DNA of 45,143 nucleotides from Candidatus Polarisedimenticolia bacterium (GTDB taxonomy: Bacteria > Acidobacteriota > Polarisedimenticolia > Gp22-AA2). The translations under genes were made by a program, and so were the position numbers. The stretch is taken from contig JBOGOE010000313.1 in assembly GCA_050747445.1 (NCBI GenBank), forward strand, positions 1-45,143, in the 5' to 3' direction. The notes below the pieces were generated by a model that worked only from the letters and a program-made list of their open reading frames with translations, did no database searches and was not told the DNA's origin. Within the stretch, counting starts at the first letter, position 1; every line of letters starts with the position of its first letter. Below are positions 24,737 to 34,105 of this stretch, piece after piece.

Positions 24737-26194
24737 TCAGTTGCGCGACGCGGGGTCCAGTGTGGCCGCGCCGGTCGGCCCCGCCGCCGGATCCGTCTCG
24801 GTCTCCATCCCCCCCTTGAGCGGGATGCCGAGCCGCTTCATCTTCTCGATGAGCGTGGTGCGCTTGATCTTCAACAGCTCGGCGGCGCGTGTCTTCACCC
24901 AGCCGGCGTGCTCCAGCGCCTGATACAGCATCTTCTGTTCGTACTTCGCCAGAACCTCGTCGAGCGAAAAACCGTCGTGCCCCACCTGCAGCGGCGGGAT
25001 CTCGACGAACCCCGCCTCCAGCACCTCCCGCGGCAGATCCTCGCGACCCAGCTCCTGCTTGCCGAAGGACAGCGCCACCGCCCGCTCGATGACGTTCTCC
25101 AGCTGCCGCACGTTGCCCGGCCAGGGGAATTCCATGAGGGATCGCAGCGCGTCGCCGGTGAAGCGCTTGATCGGGACGTTCATCTCCGCGCAGTATTTGT
25201 CGAGGAAGTGCTGGATCAGGAGCGCGATGTCCTCGCGACGATCCCGGAGCGCCGGCAGCTGGATGTGGATCACGTTGAGACGGTAGTAGAGGTCCTCCCG
25301 GAACCTCCCTTCCTCCATCATCTTCTTCAGATCGATGTTGGTGGCGGCGATGATCCGGACGTCGACCGAGATCTTCCGGGTGCCGCCGAGCGGCAGGAAT
25401 TCCCTCTCCTGAAGCACGCGGAGCAGCTTGATCTGAAGGCTCATGCTCATGTTGCCGATCTCGTCGAGAAACAAGGTCCCGCCGTCGGCCGCCTCGAACC
25501 GGCCCGGCCGGTCCGCGACGGCGTCGGTGAACGCCCCCTTGACGTGACCGAACAGCTCGTCCTCGAGCAGCGTGTCCGGGATGCCGCCGCAGTTGACCGA
25601 CACGAACGGGGCATGACGACGATCCCCGTTGAAGTGCAGCGCCCGCGCCACCAGCTCCTTCCCGGTGCCGCTGGCACCGGTGATCAGCACGGTGCTGCGC
25701 GACGACGCCACCTGCTCCACGAGCGAGAAGAGCCGCCGCATCTCGGGACTCTGGCCCACGATGTTGTGCACGCCGTAGGTGGTCTCCAGCTGGCGGCGCA
25801 GGTAGACGTTCTCGCGTCGCAGGTGGCTCCTCTCCAGGGCCTTGCCGACCACCAGCTCGACCTCCTCGATGCGGAACGGCTTCACGATGTAGTCGACCGC
25901 CCCCATCTTCATCGCCTTGATGGCGGTCTCCACGGACGCGTACCCGGTCACCATGATCACCGGGGTCTCGGCACGGACGGCGGTGAGCTCCTTGAGGACC
26001 ACCATGCCGTCGACCCGCGGCAGCACCATGTCGAGGATGACCAGATCGAACGGCGCGTCGCGCACCGCCGCCACCGCCTTCTCCCCCGATTCGACGCTCG
26101 TCACCCGGTATCCCGCCTGCCCCAGTGCCTCGCCCAGGACCTGACGGACCCCCTCGTCGTCGTCCACTACCAGGAGCTTCTCTTTCTCTTTCAC
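24737..26194 (-). CDS. sigma-54-dependent response regulator (NtrC-family enhancer-binding protein)
   Basis: GTG start with GGAG 6 nt upstream. REC (DDD, DLVILDMVLP, KPF), AAA+ (GASGTGKE, GAFTDA loop, FLDEIG, RFREDLYYRL) and a Fis-type HTH (RAAELLKIKRTTLIEKMKRLGI). Confidence 0.9.
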   Translation of the reverse strand: MKEKEKLLVVDDDEGVRQVLGEALGQAGYRVTSVESGEKAVAAVRDAPFDLVILDMVLPRVDGMVVLKELTAVRAETPVIMVTGYASVETAIKAMKMGAVDYIVKPFRIEEVELVVGKALERSHLRRENVYLRRQLETTYGVHNIVGQSPEMRRLFSLVEQVASSRSTVLITGASGTGKELVARALHFNGDRRHAPFVSVNCGGIPDTLLEDELFGHVKGAFTDAVADRPGRFEAADGGTLFLDEIGNMSMSLQIKLLRVLQEREFLPLGGTRKISVDVRIIAATNIDLKKMMEEGRFREDLYYRLNVIHIQLPALRDRREDIALLIQHFLDKYCAEMNVPIKRFTGDALRSLMEFPWPGNVRQLENVIERAVALSFGKQELGREDLPREVLEAGFVEIPPLQVGHDGFSLDEVLAKYEQKMLYQALEHAGWVKTRAAELLKIKRTTLIEKMKRLGIPLKGGMETETDPAAGPTGAATLDPASRN

Positions 26195-26230
26195 GCTTCA
26201 CTCCACGAGTCGCGATCGAGGGAGGCACTC

Positions 26231-26247
26231 AGCAAGTGGTGTGCCAA
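26231..26247 (-). promoter_or_regulatory. sigma-54 (-24/-12) promoter
   Basis: Minus strand reads TTGGCACACCACTTGCT, which matches TGGCAC-N5-TTGCW exactly. The -12 GC is at 26232-26233, about 38 nt upstream of the EBP GTG start. Confidence 0.7.
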
Positions 26248-26329
26248 TCCGCCGACGGGGCGTCAATGCGGCAAACGCCCGCGGACAAAGGGTTCCTCGG
26301 GGAAGCCGCGGCGGGTCCTGTCAGAAAGG

Positions 26330-26344
26330 TGACGTAAATCGTCA
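26330..26344. promoter_or_regulatory. perfect 5-5-5 palindrome, candidate enhancer (UAS) for the sigma-54 promoter
   Basis: TGACGTAAATCGTCA, centred about 115 nt upstream of the inferred sigma-54 start site. A related TGACG-CCC-CGTCG element lies at 26252-26265. Confidence 0.35.
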
Positions 26345-26353
26345 ATCGGATGG

Positions 26354-26378
26354 AAAAAAACCGTCAGCGGACCGACTG
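26354..26378 (-). terminator. intrinsic terminator candidate downstream of the bactofilin gene
   Basis: Minus strand reads CAGTCGG-TCCG-CTGACGG (imperfect 6-7 bp stem) followed by TTTTTTT, 35 nt after the bactofilin stop. Confidence 0.4.
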
Positions 26379-26412
26379 CTTCCGCGGTGCGCCTGCCTTC
26401 ACTGTGGGGAGG

Positions 26413-26874
26413 TCAGTGCGAGAGACCGCCGCGGTCGCGACCCGGCAGACCGGCGATGCGGGCGGTGCCGCGCAGCACCGCGCCGGGGCGCAGGTCGAGG
26501 ATCGGCGTGGTAAGACGTCCCTCGAAGCGGCCGGTTTCGGAGAGCGCCACCCGGGTGGTGGCGACGATGCTCCCCTGGGCTTCTCCCAGAAGATCGACGG
26601 TGCCCGCTTCGACATCGGCACGCAACCGGCCCTCCGGCGCCACCGTGAGACCGCCCCCGAGGCTCAGCGTCCCATCGACGCTCCCGCGCACCAGGATCGA
26701 GCCTTCGCCGCGCAGCGTTCCGGAGATCCGCGTCTGACTGCCCACGACGCTGCGCCCCCCGCCCGGCAGGCGGACGAAGGAGGCCTCGCGCGGCTCGGTC
26801 CCGCCGCCGTTGCCACCGGGCGACGGCGTCTGGCCGTCACCGGCTTCCGCGTCATGCCGTTTTCTGAAGAGCAT
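26413..26874 (-). CDS. bactofilin (polymer-forming cytoskeletal protein)
   Basis: 153 aa. Repetitive beta-helix pattern G.I.G.L...G.v.v.G.v.G (ISGTLRGEGSILVRGSVDGTLSLGGGLTV...). Short basic N-terminus MLFRKR. Confidence 0.85.
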   Translation of the reverse strand: MLFRKRHDAEAGDGQTPSPGGNGGGTEPREASFVRLPGGGRSVVGSQTRISGTLRGEGSILVRGSVDGTLSLGGGLTVAPEGRLRADVEAGTVDLLGEAQGSIVATTRVALSETGRFEGRLTTPILDLRPGAVLRGTARIAGLPGRDRGGLSH

Positions 26875-26887
26875 CAGGTTCGTGGTC

Positions 26888-26963
26888 TGGAGCGGGCGAC
26901 GGGGATCGAACCCGCGACACCGAGCTTGGGAAGCTCGTACTCTACCAACTGAGCTACGCCCGC
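26888..26963 (-). tRNA. tRNA-Gly (anticodon CCC)
   Basis: Reverse complement is GCGGGCGTAGCTCAGTTGGTAGAGTACGAGCTTCCCAAGCTCGGTGTCGCGGGTTCGATCCCCGTCGCCCGCTCCA. Full cloverleaf with anticodon loop TTCCCAA and an encoded CCA. Confidence 0.95.
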
Positions 26964-26977
26964 CCCCGGACGCCGCG

Positions 26978-27007
26978 AATCTAACACCCCCCCGCGCGCC
27001 CTGTCAA
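26978..27007 (-). promoter_or_regulatory. sigma-70-like promoter for tRNA-Gly (and probably the bactofilin gene)
   Basis: Minus strand reads TTGACA-18 nt-TAGATT, ending about 15 nt upstream of the mature tRNA 5' end. Confidence 0.45.
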
Positions 27008-27042
27008 ACGGTCCCCGCGGGATGCCCGCGCGGAGCGGGGGT

Positions 27043-28122
27043 TCAGAGGGCGGCGTCGATGAGGCCGCCGGCCAGCAGCAGGTCGCCATCGTAGAGGACG
27101 ACCGCCTGACCGGGAGTGACGGCCCGCTGCGGCGTCTCGAAGACGGTCCGGAAGCGTCCGCCCGCAAGCGGCTCCACGCGTGCGGCGGCGCCGGCGTGGG
27201 TCGATCGGATCCGGACGATCGCCTCGATCGGCCCGTCCGGCTCCCGGATCGACACCCAATTGGCGTCCCGCGCCGTCAGACCGGTCCGGTACTGCTCCGG
27301 CGCATCCCCCACGACGACGCGGTTGCGTGGGGCGTCGAGGGCCACGACGTAGAGCGCCCGTCCGGCCTGGAGCCCGAGACCGCGCCGCTGCCCCACCGTG
27401 TAGCCCGCCAGCCCCTCGTGGCGGCCGAGAACCCGCCCGGCGGTATCGACGATGTCGCCCGGCTCGCCCAGTCCCCCGCCCTCCGTCCGGAGGAACCCGC
27501 GGTAGTCGCCGTCCGGGACGAAGCAGATGTCCTGGCTGTCCGGCTTGTCGGCGTTGGGGAGGCCGCGCGACCGTCCCAGCGCGCGCACCTCGCTCTTGAC
27601 GAGGTCCCCCACCGGGAAGTCGACCCGCTCCAGCTGCTCCTGGCTCAGGTCATAGAGGAAATACGACTGGTCCTTCCCCGCGTCCCGGGCGCGCCGCAGC
27701 AGCCGCCGGCCGCTGCGCGGATCGCGGCCGGTGCGGGCGTAATGCCCGGTGGCGATCCGTTCCGCGCCGAGCGCCGCGGCACGCGCCGCCAGATGCCGGA
27801 ACTTGGGGCCGGTGTTGCAGCGCACGCAGGGGGACGGCGTGCGTCCGGCGGCGTACTCGCCGACGAAGTCGTCGATCACCTCGCGGCGGAACTCCTCCTC
27901 GAGGTTGAGCACGTAGAACGGGATGCCGATCCGGTCCGCGGCCGCCCGCGCGTCCAGCAGATCGCGCGGCGAGCAGCAGCGGCCGTAGACCGGGCGGCCG
28001 TCACGGGTCCGATCGTAGAGCTGCATCGACAGGCCGACCAGGCTCTCCCCGGCCTCCTTCAGCAGCAGGGCGGCCACGGAGGAGTCGACCCCCCCGCTCA
28101 TCGCCACGGCCGTCCGGCTCAT
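27043..28122 (-). CDS. mnmA: tRNA 2-thiouridine(34) synthase
   Basis: ATG 28122 ([23 protein letters not shown]-loop). SPCVRCN, ATGHYAR and KDQSYFL motifs. Confidence 0.95.
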   Translation of the reverse strand: MSRTAVAMSGGVDSSVAALLLKEAGESLVGLSMQLYDRTRDGRPVYGRCCSPRDLLDARAAADRIGIPFYVLNLEEEFRREVIDDFVGEYAAGRTPSPCVRCNTGPKFRHLAARAAALGAERIATGHYARTGRDPRSGRRLLRRARDAGKDQSYFLYDLSQEQLERVDFPVGDLVKSEVRALGRSRGLPNADKPDSQDICFVPDGDYRGFLRTEGGGLGEPGDIVDTAGRVLGRHEGLAGYTVGQRRGLGLQAGRALYVVALDAPRNRVVVGDAPEQYRTGLTARDANWVSIREPDGPIEAIVRIRSTHAGAAARVEPLAGGRFRTVFETPQRAVTPGQAVVLYDGDLLLAGGLIDAAL

Positions 28123-28655
28123 TCGCGCCCCTCGGCTTCGGACGCGGGGTCCGCGAAGATCAGCATCAGCCGCGTGCCGCCGATGCGGAACTCCCCCCGG
28201 TTCTCCAGCTCCGCCTGGGTGATCTTCACGTCTTCGACGAAGGTGCCGTTGGTGCTGCCGAGATCGCGCAGCACCACCCGGCCGCCGTGGACCTCGAGAC
28301 TGGCGTGCTGGCGGGACACCTCCGAATCGTTGATGACGATGTCGGCATCGCCGCGGCCCAGGACGACCCGGGGTTTGTCGACCGGGAAGATCGTGCCGCG
28401 GTCCTGCCCTTCCAGGACCGCCAGCGAGACCCGCCGGTCGGCGGGGAGCGCCAGGTCCCCACCGGGGATCTTGCCGATCTTCGGGAGGAGGTTGGCGTCG
28501 GTCTCGAGACGGGTCGTCTGATCCCCTGGGTCGGCCGCGCTCACGGTGATGGGAGTCTGGCAGTTGGGGCAGCGCACCGTGGCCTGGGTGCGCCCCGCCA
28601 GTTTCGCGGCGTCGAAGGTGTAGCGCCTGGCGCAACCGCCGCAGGTGACGATCAA
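28119..28655 (-). CDS. zinc-ribbon (MJ0042-like CxxC..CxxC) plus FHA domain protein
   Basis: TTG 28655 overlaps the desulfurase TGA (TTGA). (M)[14 protein letters not shown]...RCPNCQT is followed by the FHA core [45 protein letters not shown] overlap with mnmA. Confidence 0.8.
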   Translation of the reverse strand: MIVTCGGCARRYTFDAAKLAGRTQATVRCPNCQTPITVSAADPGDQTTRLETDANLLPKIGKIPGGDLALPADRRVSLAVLEGQDRGTIFPVDKPRVVLGRGDADIVINDSEVSRQHASLEVHGGRVVLRDLGSTNGTFVEDVKITQAELENRGEFRIGGTRLMLIFADPASEAEGRE

Positions 28656-29818
28656 TGCCGTTCCCCGCCCGCCGCCGCGATCGTGCCGCGCGCCCGCGTC
28701 GCGACGCGCCCGAGGATCTCCACGAAGGCCGCGACCTCCTCCGCCCCGGTGTCCGGACCGAGACTGACGCGGATCGACGCTCCGGCCACGCGTTCCAGAC
28801 CCATGGCCTCGAGCACGTGCGACCGCCTGACGGTCCCCGCGGAACATGCCGACCCGGCCGACACCGCCACCCCCTCGAGATCCAGGGCGACGACCAGCGT
28901 CTCGCCCTGGATTCCCTCGAACGCGAGATTGCTGGTGTTCGGGAGGCGCGGCGCGCCCGCGGCGTTGACCGCGCTCCCCGGCACCCTCCCGAGGATCCCC
29001 GCCTCCATCCGGTCGCGCAGCGTGCCCACCCGGGCCCCCTCCGACGGGAGGGCGCGACGCGCCGCCTCCGCCGCCGCCCCGAACCCGGCGATCAGGGCCA
29101 CGCTCTCCGTTCCGGGACGGCGGTTGCTCTCCTGACCCCCGCCCCGCAGATGCGGTCGCAGCGACAGACCCCGGCGCACGCACAGGGCGCCGGCCCCCTG
29201 AGGACCCCCGAGCTTGTGGGCCGCCAGCGCCAGGGTGTCGGTCTCGAGCGCCCCGAAATCGACCGGGACCTTCCCCGCGGCCTGGGCGGCGTCGCAGTGC
29301 AGCGGGATGCCGCGGCGGCGCAGCTCGCGGCCGAGCTCCGCCACCGGCTGCAGCGCGCCGGTCTCGTTGTTCGCCAGCATGAGGGCCACCAGGACGGTGC
29401 CGGGGGCGGCGGCCTCCAGCACCGCCGCCGGGTCGACGACGCCGCGCCGATCGGGTCGCACGCGGACCACGTCGAACCCGCGCTCCTCCAGATCGAGAAG
29501 CGGGGCGAGCACCGAGGGGTGCTCGATCGCCGAGGCGACGATCCGACGACCGGCCGCCTCCTCCCGCAGGCAGAGCCCGTAGATCGCCAGGTTGTTCGCT
29601 TCGGTGCCGCCGCCGGTCAATACGATCGATTCGGGGGAGGCCGCGATCAGACCGGCCACCGCCGTGCGCGCCGTCTCGATCGCCATGCGCGCGGCGTGTC
29701 CAGCGCCATGGACGCTCGACGCATTGGCGTCGAGCCCCCCCAGGTGACGCAGCATGACGGCGCGCGCCTCACGGCGCAGCGGGCTGGTGGCGTTGTGATC
29801 GAGGTAGATCCGGCGCAC
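28652..29818 (-). CDS. iscS: cysteine desulfurase (IscS/NifS class V aminotransferase)
   Basis: [10 protein letters not shown], the [15 protein letters not shown]-lysine motif and the SAGSACSAG active-site Cys loop. I prefer GTG 29818 because the TTG 29893 extension would contain the ileS promoter. Confidence 0.9.
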   Translation of the reverse strand: MRRIYLDHNATSPLRREARAVMLRHLGGLDANASSVHGAGHAARMAIETARTAVAGLIAASPESIVLTGGGTEANNLAIYGLCLREEAAGRRIVASAIEHPSVLAPLLDLEERGFDVVRVRPDRRGVVDPAAVLEAAAPGTVLVALMLANNETGALQPVAELGRELRRRGIPLHCDAAQAAGKVPVDFGALETDTLALAAHKLGGPQGAGALCVRRGLSLRPHLRGGGQESNRRPGTESVALIAGFGAAAEAARRALPSEGARVGTLRDRMEAGILGRVPGSAVNAAGAPRLPNTSNLAFEGIQGETLVVALDLEGVAVSAGSACSAGTVRRSHVLEAMGLERVAGASIRVSLGPDTGAEEVAAFVEILGRVATRARGTIAAAGGERH

Positions 29819-29848
29819 GCCGCGGACCGTAACATACCTCCGGCTTCC

Positions 29849-29878
29849 TTGACAATCTTCGCCGCCGGATGCTAGAGT
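29849..29878 (+). promoter_or_regulatory. sigma-70-like promoter for the ileS operon
   Basis: TTGACA-18 nt-TAGAGT, about 60 nt upstream of the ileS ATG. Confidence 0.45.
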
Positions 29879-29939
29879 CCCGATTTCCTCCAAGCGGTCA
29901 ACCCTTTGGCCGTCAACGGGATAGCAGCGATCGAGAGCG

Positions 29940-32777
29940 ATGCAGCCGACCGACTATAAAAGCACTCTCAACCTGCCGCGCACCGAGTTCCCGATGAAGG
30001 CCGACCTGCCCCGGCGGGAACCGCAGATCCTGGAAGCCTGGGATCGGGCCGATCTCTACGGGGCGATCCGCCGGGCGCGGCAGGGCCGCCCCCGTTTCGT
30101 GCTGCACGACGGGCCGCCATATGCCAACGGCCACATCCACCTCGGTCAGGCCCTCAACAAGATCCTGAAGGACATCGTGGTCAAGTCGCGCACCATGATG
30201 GGCTTCGACGCCCCCTACCTGCCCGGCTGGGACTGTCACGGCCTGCCGATCGAGCATCAGGTCGACAAGGACCTCGGCTCCCGGAAGGCGGCGATGACCC
30301 CGATGCAGATCCGCCAGGAGTGCCGCGCCTATGCCGAGCGGTTCATCGGCATCCAGCGGGAGGAGTTCCGCCGGCTGGGAGTGTTCGGAGAGTGGAGCCG
30401 TCCCTACCGGACGATCGACCCGGCCTACGAGCGGACCATCGTGGAGCAGATCGGCCGCTTCGTGGAGAACGGCAACGTCTACCGCGACAAGCGATCGGTG
30501 CACTGGTGCCCGCAGTGCGCCACGGCGCTGGCGGAGGCCGAGGTCGAATATCAGGACCACGTGTCGCCGTCGATCCACGTCCGGTTCCCCTATCGCGGTC
30601 TGGACGAAAGGTTCCCCGCCCTGAAGGGACGGAAGGTCTCGATCCTGATCTGGACCACCACGCCCTGGACCCTTCCGGCCAATCTGGCGGTGGCGTTCCA
30701 TCCGGACTATGAGTACCGGCTCGTGGACCTCGGGGACGAAGTGCTGCTCCTGGCCGCCGACCTGGCGCCGGCGGTCCTGGCGCTCCGCCACGCGGCGTCG
30801 CGCGGCGATCTCGGCTCGGTGCGCGGCCGGGAGCTCGAGGGGCTCGGCACCGCGGAGGCCCCCTACCCGTTCGCGGCGCAGGGAATCTCCCGGCTGGTGC
30901 TCGGCGACCACGTGACCCGGGACACGGGTACGGGCGCGGTCCATACCGCCCCGGGGCACGGGTTCGACGACTTCCTCACCGGCCGGCGCTACGGGCTGCC
31001 GATCTTCTCCCCGGTCGACGACCACGGGCGGTTCACGGAGGAGGCGGGTTCGTTCGCCGGGCGCCGGGTGTTCGACGCCAACGGCGACATCATCGGGGAC
31101 CTCGAGCGGCGCGGGTTGCTGTATCACGCGGAGACCCTGACCCATTCCTATCCGCACTGCTGGCGCTGCAAGAAACCAATCCTGTTCCGGGCCACGGCCC
31201 AGTGGTGGATCGCGCTCGATCACCGCGACCTGAGGCGCCGCTGCCTGGCGGAGATCGGACGGGTGCGCTGGATCCCGCCCGCAGGGTCGCTGCGCATCGG
31301 TGGGATGATCGGAACCCGCCCGGACTGGTGCATCTCCCGCCAGCGGGTGTGGGGGGTGCCCCTGCCGTTCCCGTACTGCGCCGCTTGCGGCCGCGAGATC
31401 GTCGACGCCGGATTCATCCGCCGCGCCGCCGACCTGTTCGGCACCCGCGGCAGCGATGCCTGGTTCGAGCCTCAGGCCTTCGCGGCGCTCGCCGCCGGCA
31501 CGCGCTGCCCCCACTGCGGCGGCGGCGAGCTCCAGGCGCGTCACGAGATCGTCGATGTCTGGTTCGAGTCGGGCGTCTCCTACCGCGCCGTCCACGAGGC
31601 GCATGGCGATCCCTGGCCAAGCGACCTGTATCTCGAGGGAAGCGATCAGCATCGCGGCTGGTTCCACTCCTCCCTCCTGATCGCGGTCAACGACCGGGGG
31701 GGGGCGCCCTACCGCTCCGTCCTGACCCACGGGTTCACGCTCGATGGCGCCGGCCGCAAGATGTCGAAGTCGATAGGCAACGTCATCGCTCCCCAGCAGG
31801 TGATCGAGAAGCACGGTGGCGACGTCCTCCGGCTCTGGGTGGCGACGGTCGATTTCCTGGAGGACATGCGGCTGTCCGAGGAGATCCTCGCCCGGAACGC
31901 CGAGGCCTACCGGAAGATCCGCAACACCTGCCGCTTCCTCCTCGGGAACCTCTTCGACTTCGATCCGCGCCGCGACGCGGTCCCGCCGGAGCGCCTGGAG
32001 GAGATCGATCGCTACGTCCTGCACCTCCTCGACGAGCTCGTGGGGCGCGTCCGGGCCGCCTACGAGGCGTTCGAGTTCCATCTGGCGACACAGGCGATCC
32101 ATCGTTTCGCCACCGTGGCGCTGTCTTCGCTTTATCTCGACGTGCTGAAGGACACGCTCTACACGAGCCCGCCGGACGCCGGGGCCCGCCGCTCGGCGCA
32201 GACCGCCATCCGAATCGTGCTCGACGCGCTGGCGCGGCTGATGGCGCCGGTGCTCTGCTTCACCGCCGAGGAGGTCTGGCAGTCCCTGCACGACCGTCGC
32301 CCCGGCGAACCGATCACCGATTCCGTGCACGCGCAGGAGCTGACCGGCCGGCTCTCCCTGCCCGACGAACCGGACCTGTCCGGGAGATGGGAGCGGCTGC
32401 TCGCCGTGCGCGAGGAGGTCCTCAAAGCCCTGGAGATCGAACGGGGCCGCGGCGCGCTCGGCGCGCCCCTCGAGGCGGAGGTGGTCCTCGAGCCTCCCGC
32501 CGGGCTGCGGCCGCTCCTGGAGCGCTACGCCCCCTTCCTGAAGACCCTCTTCATCGTGTCGCGCGTGCGGCTCGGGCGCGTCGCGGACCCGCCGACCCAT
32601 GCCCCGGAACGGCTGCCCGGTCTGCGGATCGGGATTGCCACCGCCACCGGACGGAAGTGCGCGCGCTGCTGGAACGTGACCGAGGACGTCGGCGCGGACC
32701 CCCGCTTCCCCGAGGTGTGCGCGCGTTGCGCCGCCGTGGTCGATGCGGTGCTCCGGGCGCGGGGGGCGGCGCGTTGA
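29940..32777 (+). CDS. ileS: isoleucine--tRNA ligase
   Basis: 945 aa. [11 protein letters not shown] (HIGH), KMSKS and the C-terminal zinc cluster CARCWN...CARC. Confidence 0.97.
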   Translation: MQPTDYKSTLNLPRTEFPMKADLPRREPQILEAWDRADLYGAIRRARQGRPRFVLHDGPPYANGHIHLGQALNKILKDIVVKSRTMMGFDAPYLPGWDCHGLPIEHQVDKDLGSRKAAMTPMQIRQECRAYAERFIGIQREEFRRLGVFGEWSRPYRTIDPAYERTIVEQIGRFVENGNVYRDKRSVHWCPQCATALAEAEVEYQDHVSPSIHVRFPYRGLDERFPALKGRKVSILIWTTTPWTLPANLAVAFHPDYEYRLVDLGDEVLLLAADLAPAVLALRHAASRGDLGSVRGRELEGLGTAEAPYPFAAQGISRLVLGDHVTRDTGTGAVHTAPGHGFDDFLTGRRYGLPIFSPVDDHGRFTEEAGSFAGRRVFDANGDIIGDLERRGLLYHAETLTHSYPHCWRCKKPILFRATAQWWIALDHRDLRRRCLAEIGRVRWIPPAGSLRIGGMIGTRPDWCISRQRVWGVPLPFPYCAACGREIVDAGFIRRAADLFGTRGSDAWFEPQAFAALAAGTRCPHCGGGELQARHEIVDVWFESGVSYRAVHEAHGDPWPSDLYLEGSDQHRGWFHSSLLIAVNDRGGAPYRSVLTHGFTLDGAGRKMSKSIGNVIAPQQVIEKHGGDVLRLWVATVDFLEDMRLSEEILARNAEAYRKIRNTCRFLLGNLFDFDPRRDAVPPERLEEIDRYVLHLLDELVGRVRAAYEAFEFHLATQAIHRFATVALSSLYLDVLKDTLYTSPPDAGARRSAQTAIRIVLDALARLMAPVLCFTAEEVWQSLHDRRPGEPITDSVHAQELTGRLSLPDEPDLSGRWERLLAVREEVLKALEIERGRGALGAPLEAEVVLEPPAGLRPLLERYAPFLKTLFIVSRVRLGRVADPPTHAPERLPGLRIGIATATGRKCARCWNVTEDVGADPRFPEVCARCAAVVDAVLRARGAAR

Positions 32778-33286
32778 ACCGGGACGTCCTGCTCCGCCTC
32801 CTCTATGTCCTGACGAGCGCCGCCGTGCTGGGTCTGGACCAGGCGACCAAGCTGATGGTGGTGTCGCGTCTGACGCTGCATTCGACCCTGCCCGTGGTCC
32901 CCGGATTCCTTCACCTGACCCTGGTTTTCAACCGGGGGGCGCTGTTCGGACTGTTCCACGGCATGGCGGACCCCTGGCGTTCCACGCTGTTCACCGTGGT
33001 CCCGCTCGGGGCGATCGCCATCGTCCTCGTCTTCCAGTACCGCACGACGCTGCACGACCCCCTCACCCAGGGCGGTCTGGCGTTGATCCTGGGAGGGGCC
33101 GCCGGCAACCTCGCCGACCGCGTCCGCCTCGGTTACGTCGTCGATTTCCTCGATGTCTTCATCGGCGAGCATCACTGGCCGGCGTTCAATGTCGCCGACT
33201 CGGCAATCTGCTGCGGTGTCGGTCTCCTGGTGCTCGATCTGCTGCTCACGGGACGCCGGCCGGAACAGGTCCGGGAGGCGGCCTGA
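32774..33286 (+). CDS. lspA: lipoprotein signal peptidase II
   Basis: TTG 32774 overlaps the ileS TGA (TTGA). [19 protein letters not shown] and [11 protein letters not shown] motifs. Confidence 0.85.
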   Translation: MNRDVLLRLLYVLTSAAVLGLDQATKLMVVSRLTLHSTLPVVPGFLHLTLVFNRGALFGLFHGMADPWRSTLFTVVPLGAIAIVLVFQYRTTLHDPLTQGGLALILGGAAGNLADRVRLGYVVDFLDVFIGEHHWPAFNVADSAICCGVGLLVLDLLLTGRRPEQVREAA

Positions 33287-33289
33287 ACC

Positions 33290-34105
33290 ATGTTCCCCGT
33301 CCTGTTCGAGCTCGATCTGCCGGTCCTGGGGCCGTTCACCGTCGGGACCTACGGCCTGTTCTACGCGGCCGGGTTCCTCCTCGCCCTGCGTCTGGCGATC
33401 GCCCTGGCGCGCCGGGAGGGGATCGATGCCGCCCGGGTGGTCGATCTGGGCATCGTCGCCCTGATCGCGGGATTCGTGGGGGCCAAGGGGCTGCTCTACC
33501 TGCTGGACGCCCGATTCTATCTGGACAATCCCGCGGAGATCTGGCGCAGCCTCCGATCGGCGGGGGTGTTCTACGGCGGGTTCGCCCTGGCGGCGGTCGC
33601 CTGCTTCCTCTATGTGCGGCGGCACGCCCTGCCCGTGGGGAAGGTCGCCGACCTCGCCGCCCCCGCGATCGCCCTGGGGCAGGGGATCGGGCGGATCGGC
33701 TGCTTCGCTGCCGGCTGCTGTTACGGCAAGGCGTGCACGCTCCCGTGGGCGGTGACCTTCTCGGACCCCAGGGCCTACCGGCTCACGGGGGTGGTCCTCG
33801 GGGTGCCGCTCCATCCGGCGCAGCTGTACCACGCCCTCGCCGATTTCCTGATCCTCGGCGTGACCTTGTGGGCGCTCCGCCGGCGCCTTGCGGCGGGGTC
33901 GGTGTTCTGGATCTACGTGCTGCTGTATGCCGTGCTGCGCTTCGCGGTCGAATTCTTCCGCGGCGACACCGCCCGCGGTCTGTTCCTGGACGGCGCGCTC
34001 TCGACCTCGCAGGCCGCGGCCATCCCGGCGGCGATCGCCGCGGTCGCGGCGCTCCTCTGGATGCGGCGCCGCAGACCGGAGCCGGCGGGCCGGAGCGGGC
34101 GATGA
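33290..34105 (+). CDS. lgt: prolipoprotein diacylglyceryl transferase
   Basis: 271 aa, polytopic. GRIGCFAAGCCYG, PLHPAQLY and FFRGD motifs. Confidence 0.9.
   Translation: MFPVLFELDLPVLGPFTVGTYGLFYAAGFLLALRLAIALARREGIDAARVVDLGIVALIAGFVGAKGLLYLLDARFYLDNPAEIWRSLRSAGVFYGGFALAAVACFLYVRRHALPVGKVADLAAPAIALGQGIGRIGCFAAGCCYGKACTLPWAVTFSDPRAYRLTGVVLGVPLHPAQLYHALADFLILGVTLWALRRRLAAGSVFWIYVLLYAVLRFAVEFFRGDTARGLFLDGALSTSQAAAIPAAIAAVAALLWMRRRRPEPAGRSGR

Noticed and set aside
21867-24923. 1018-aa plus-strand ORF
   Set aside because: It is antisense to the histidine kinase, GGDEF-EAL, receiver and PilZ genes, all of which have clear domain signatures. Its composition is junk-like.
24612-26228. 779-aa ORF 23889..26228 that seems to fuse the PilZ protein with upstream sequence
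   Set aside because: Upstream of ATG 24611 this frame runs out of frame through the EBP gene (24737-26194), which is clearly encoded in a different frame.
29913-32600. 895-aa minus-strand ORF
   Set aside because: It is antisense to ileS, which is unambiguous (HIGH and KMSKS motifs). Shadow ORF.
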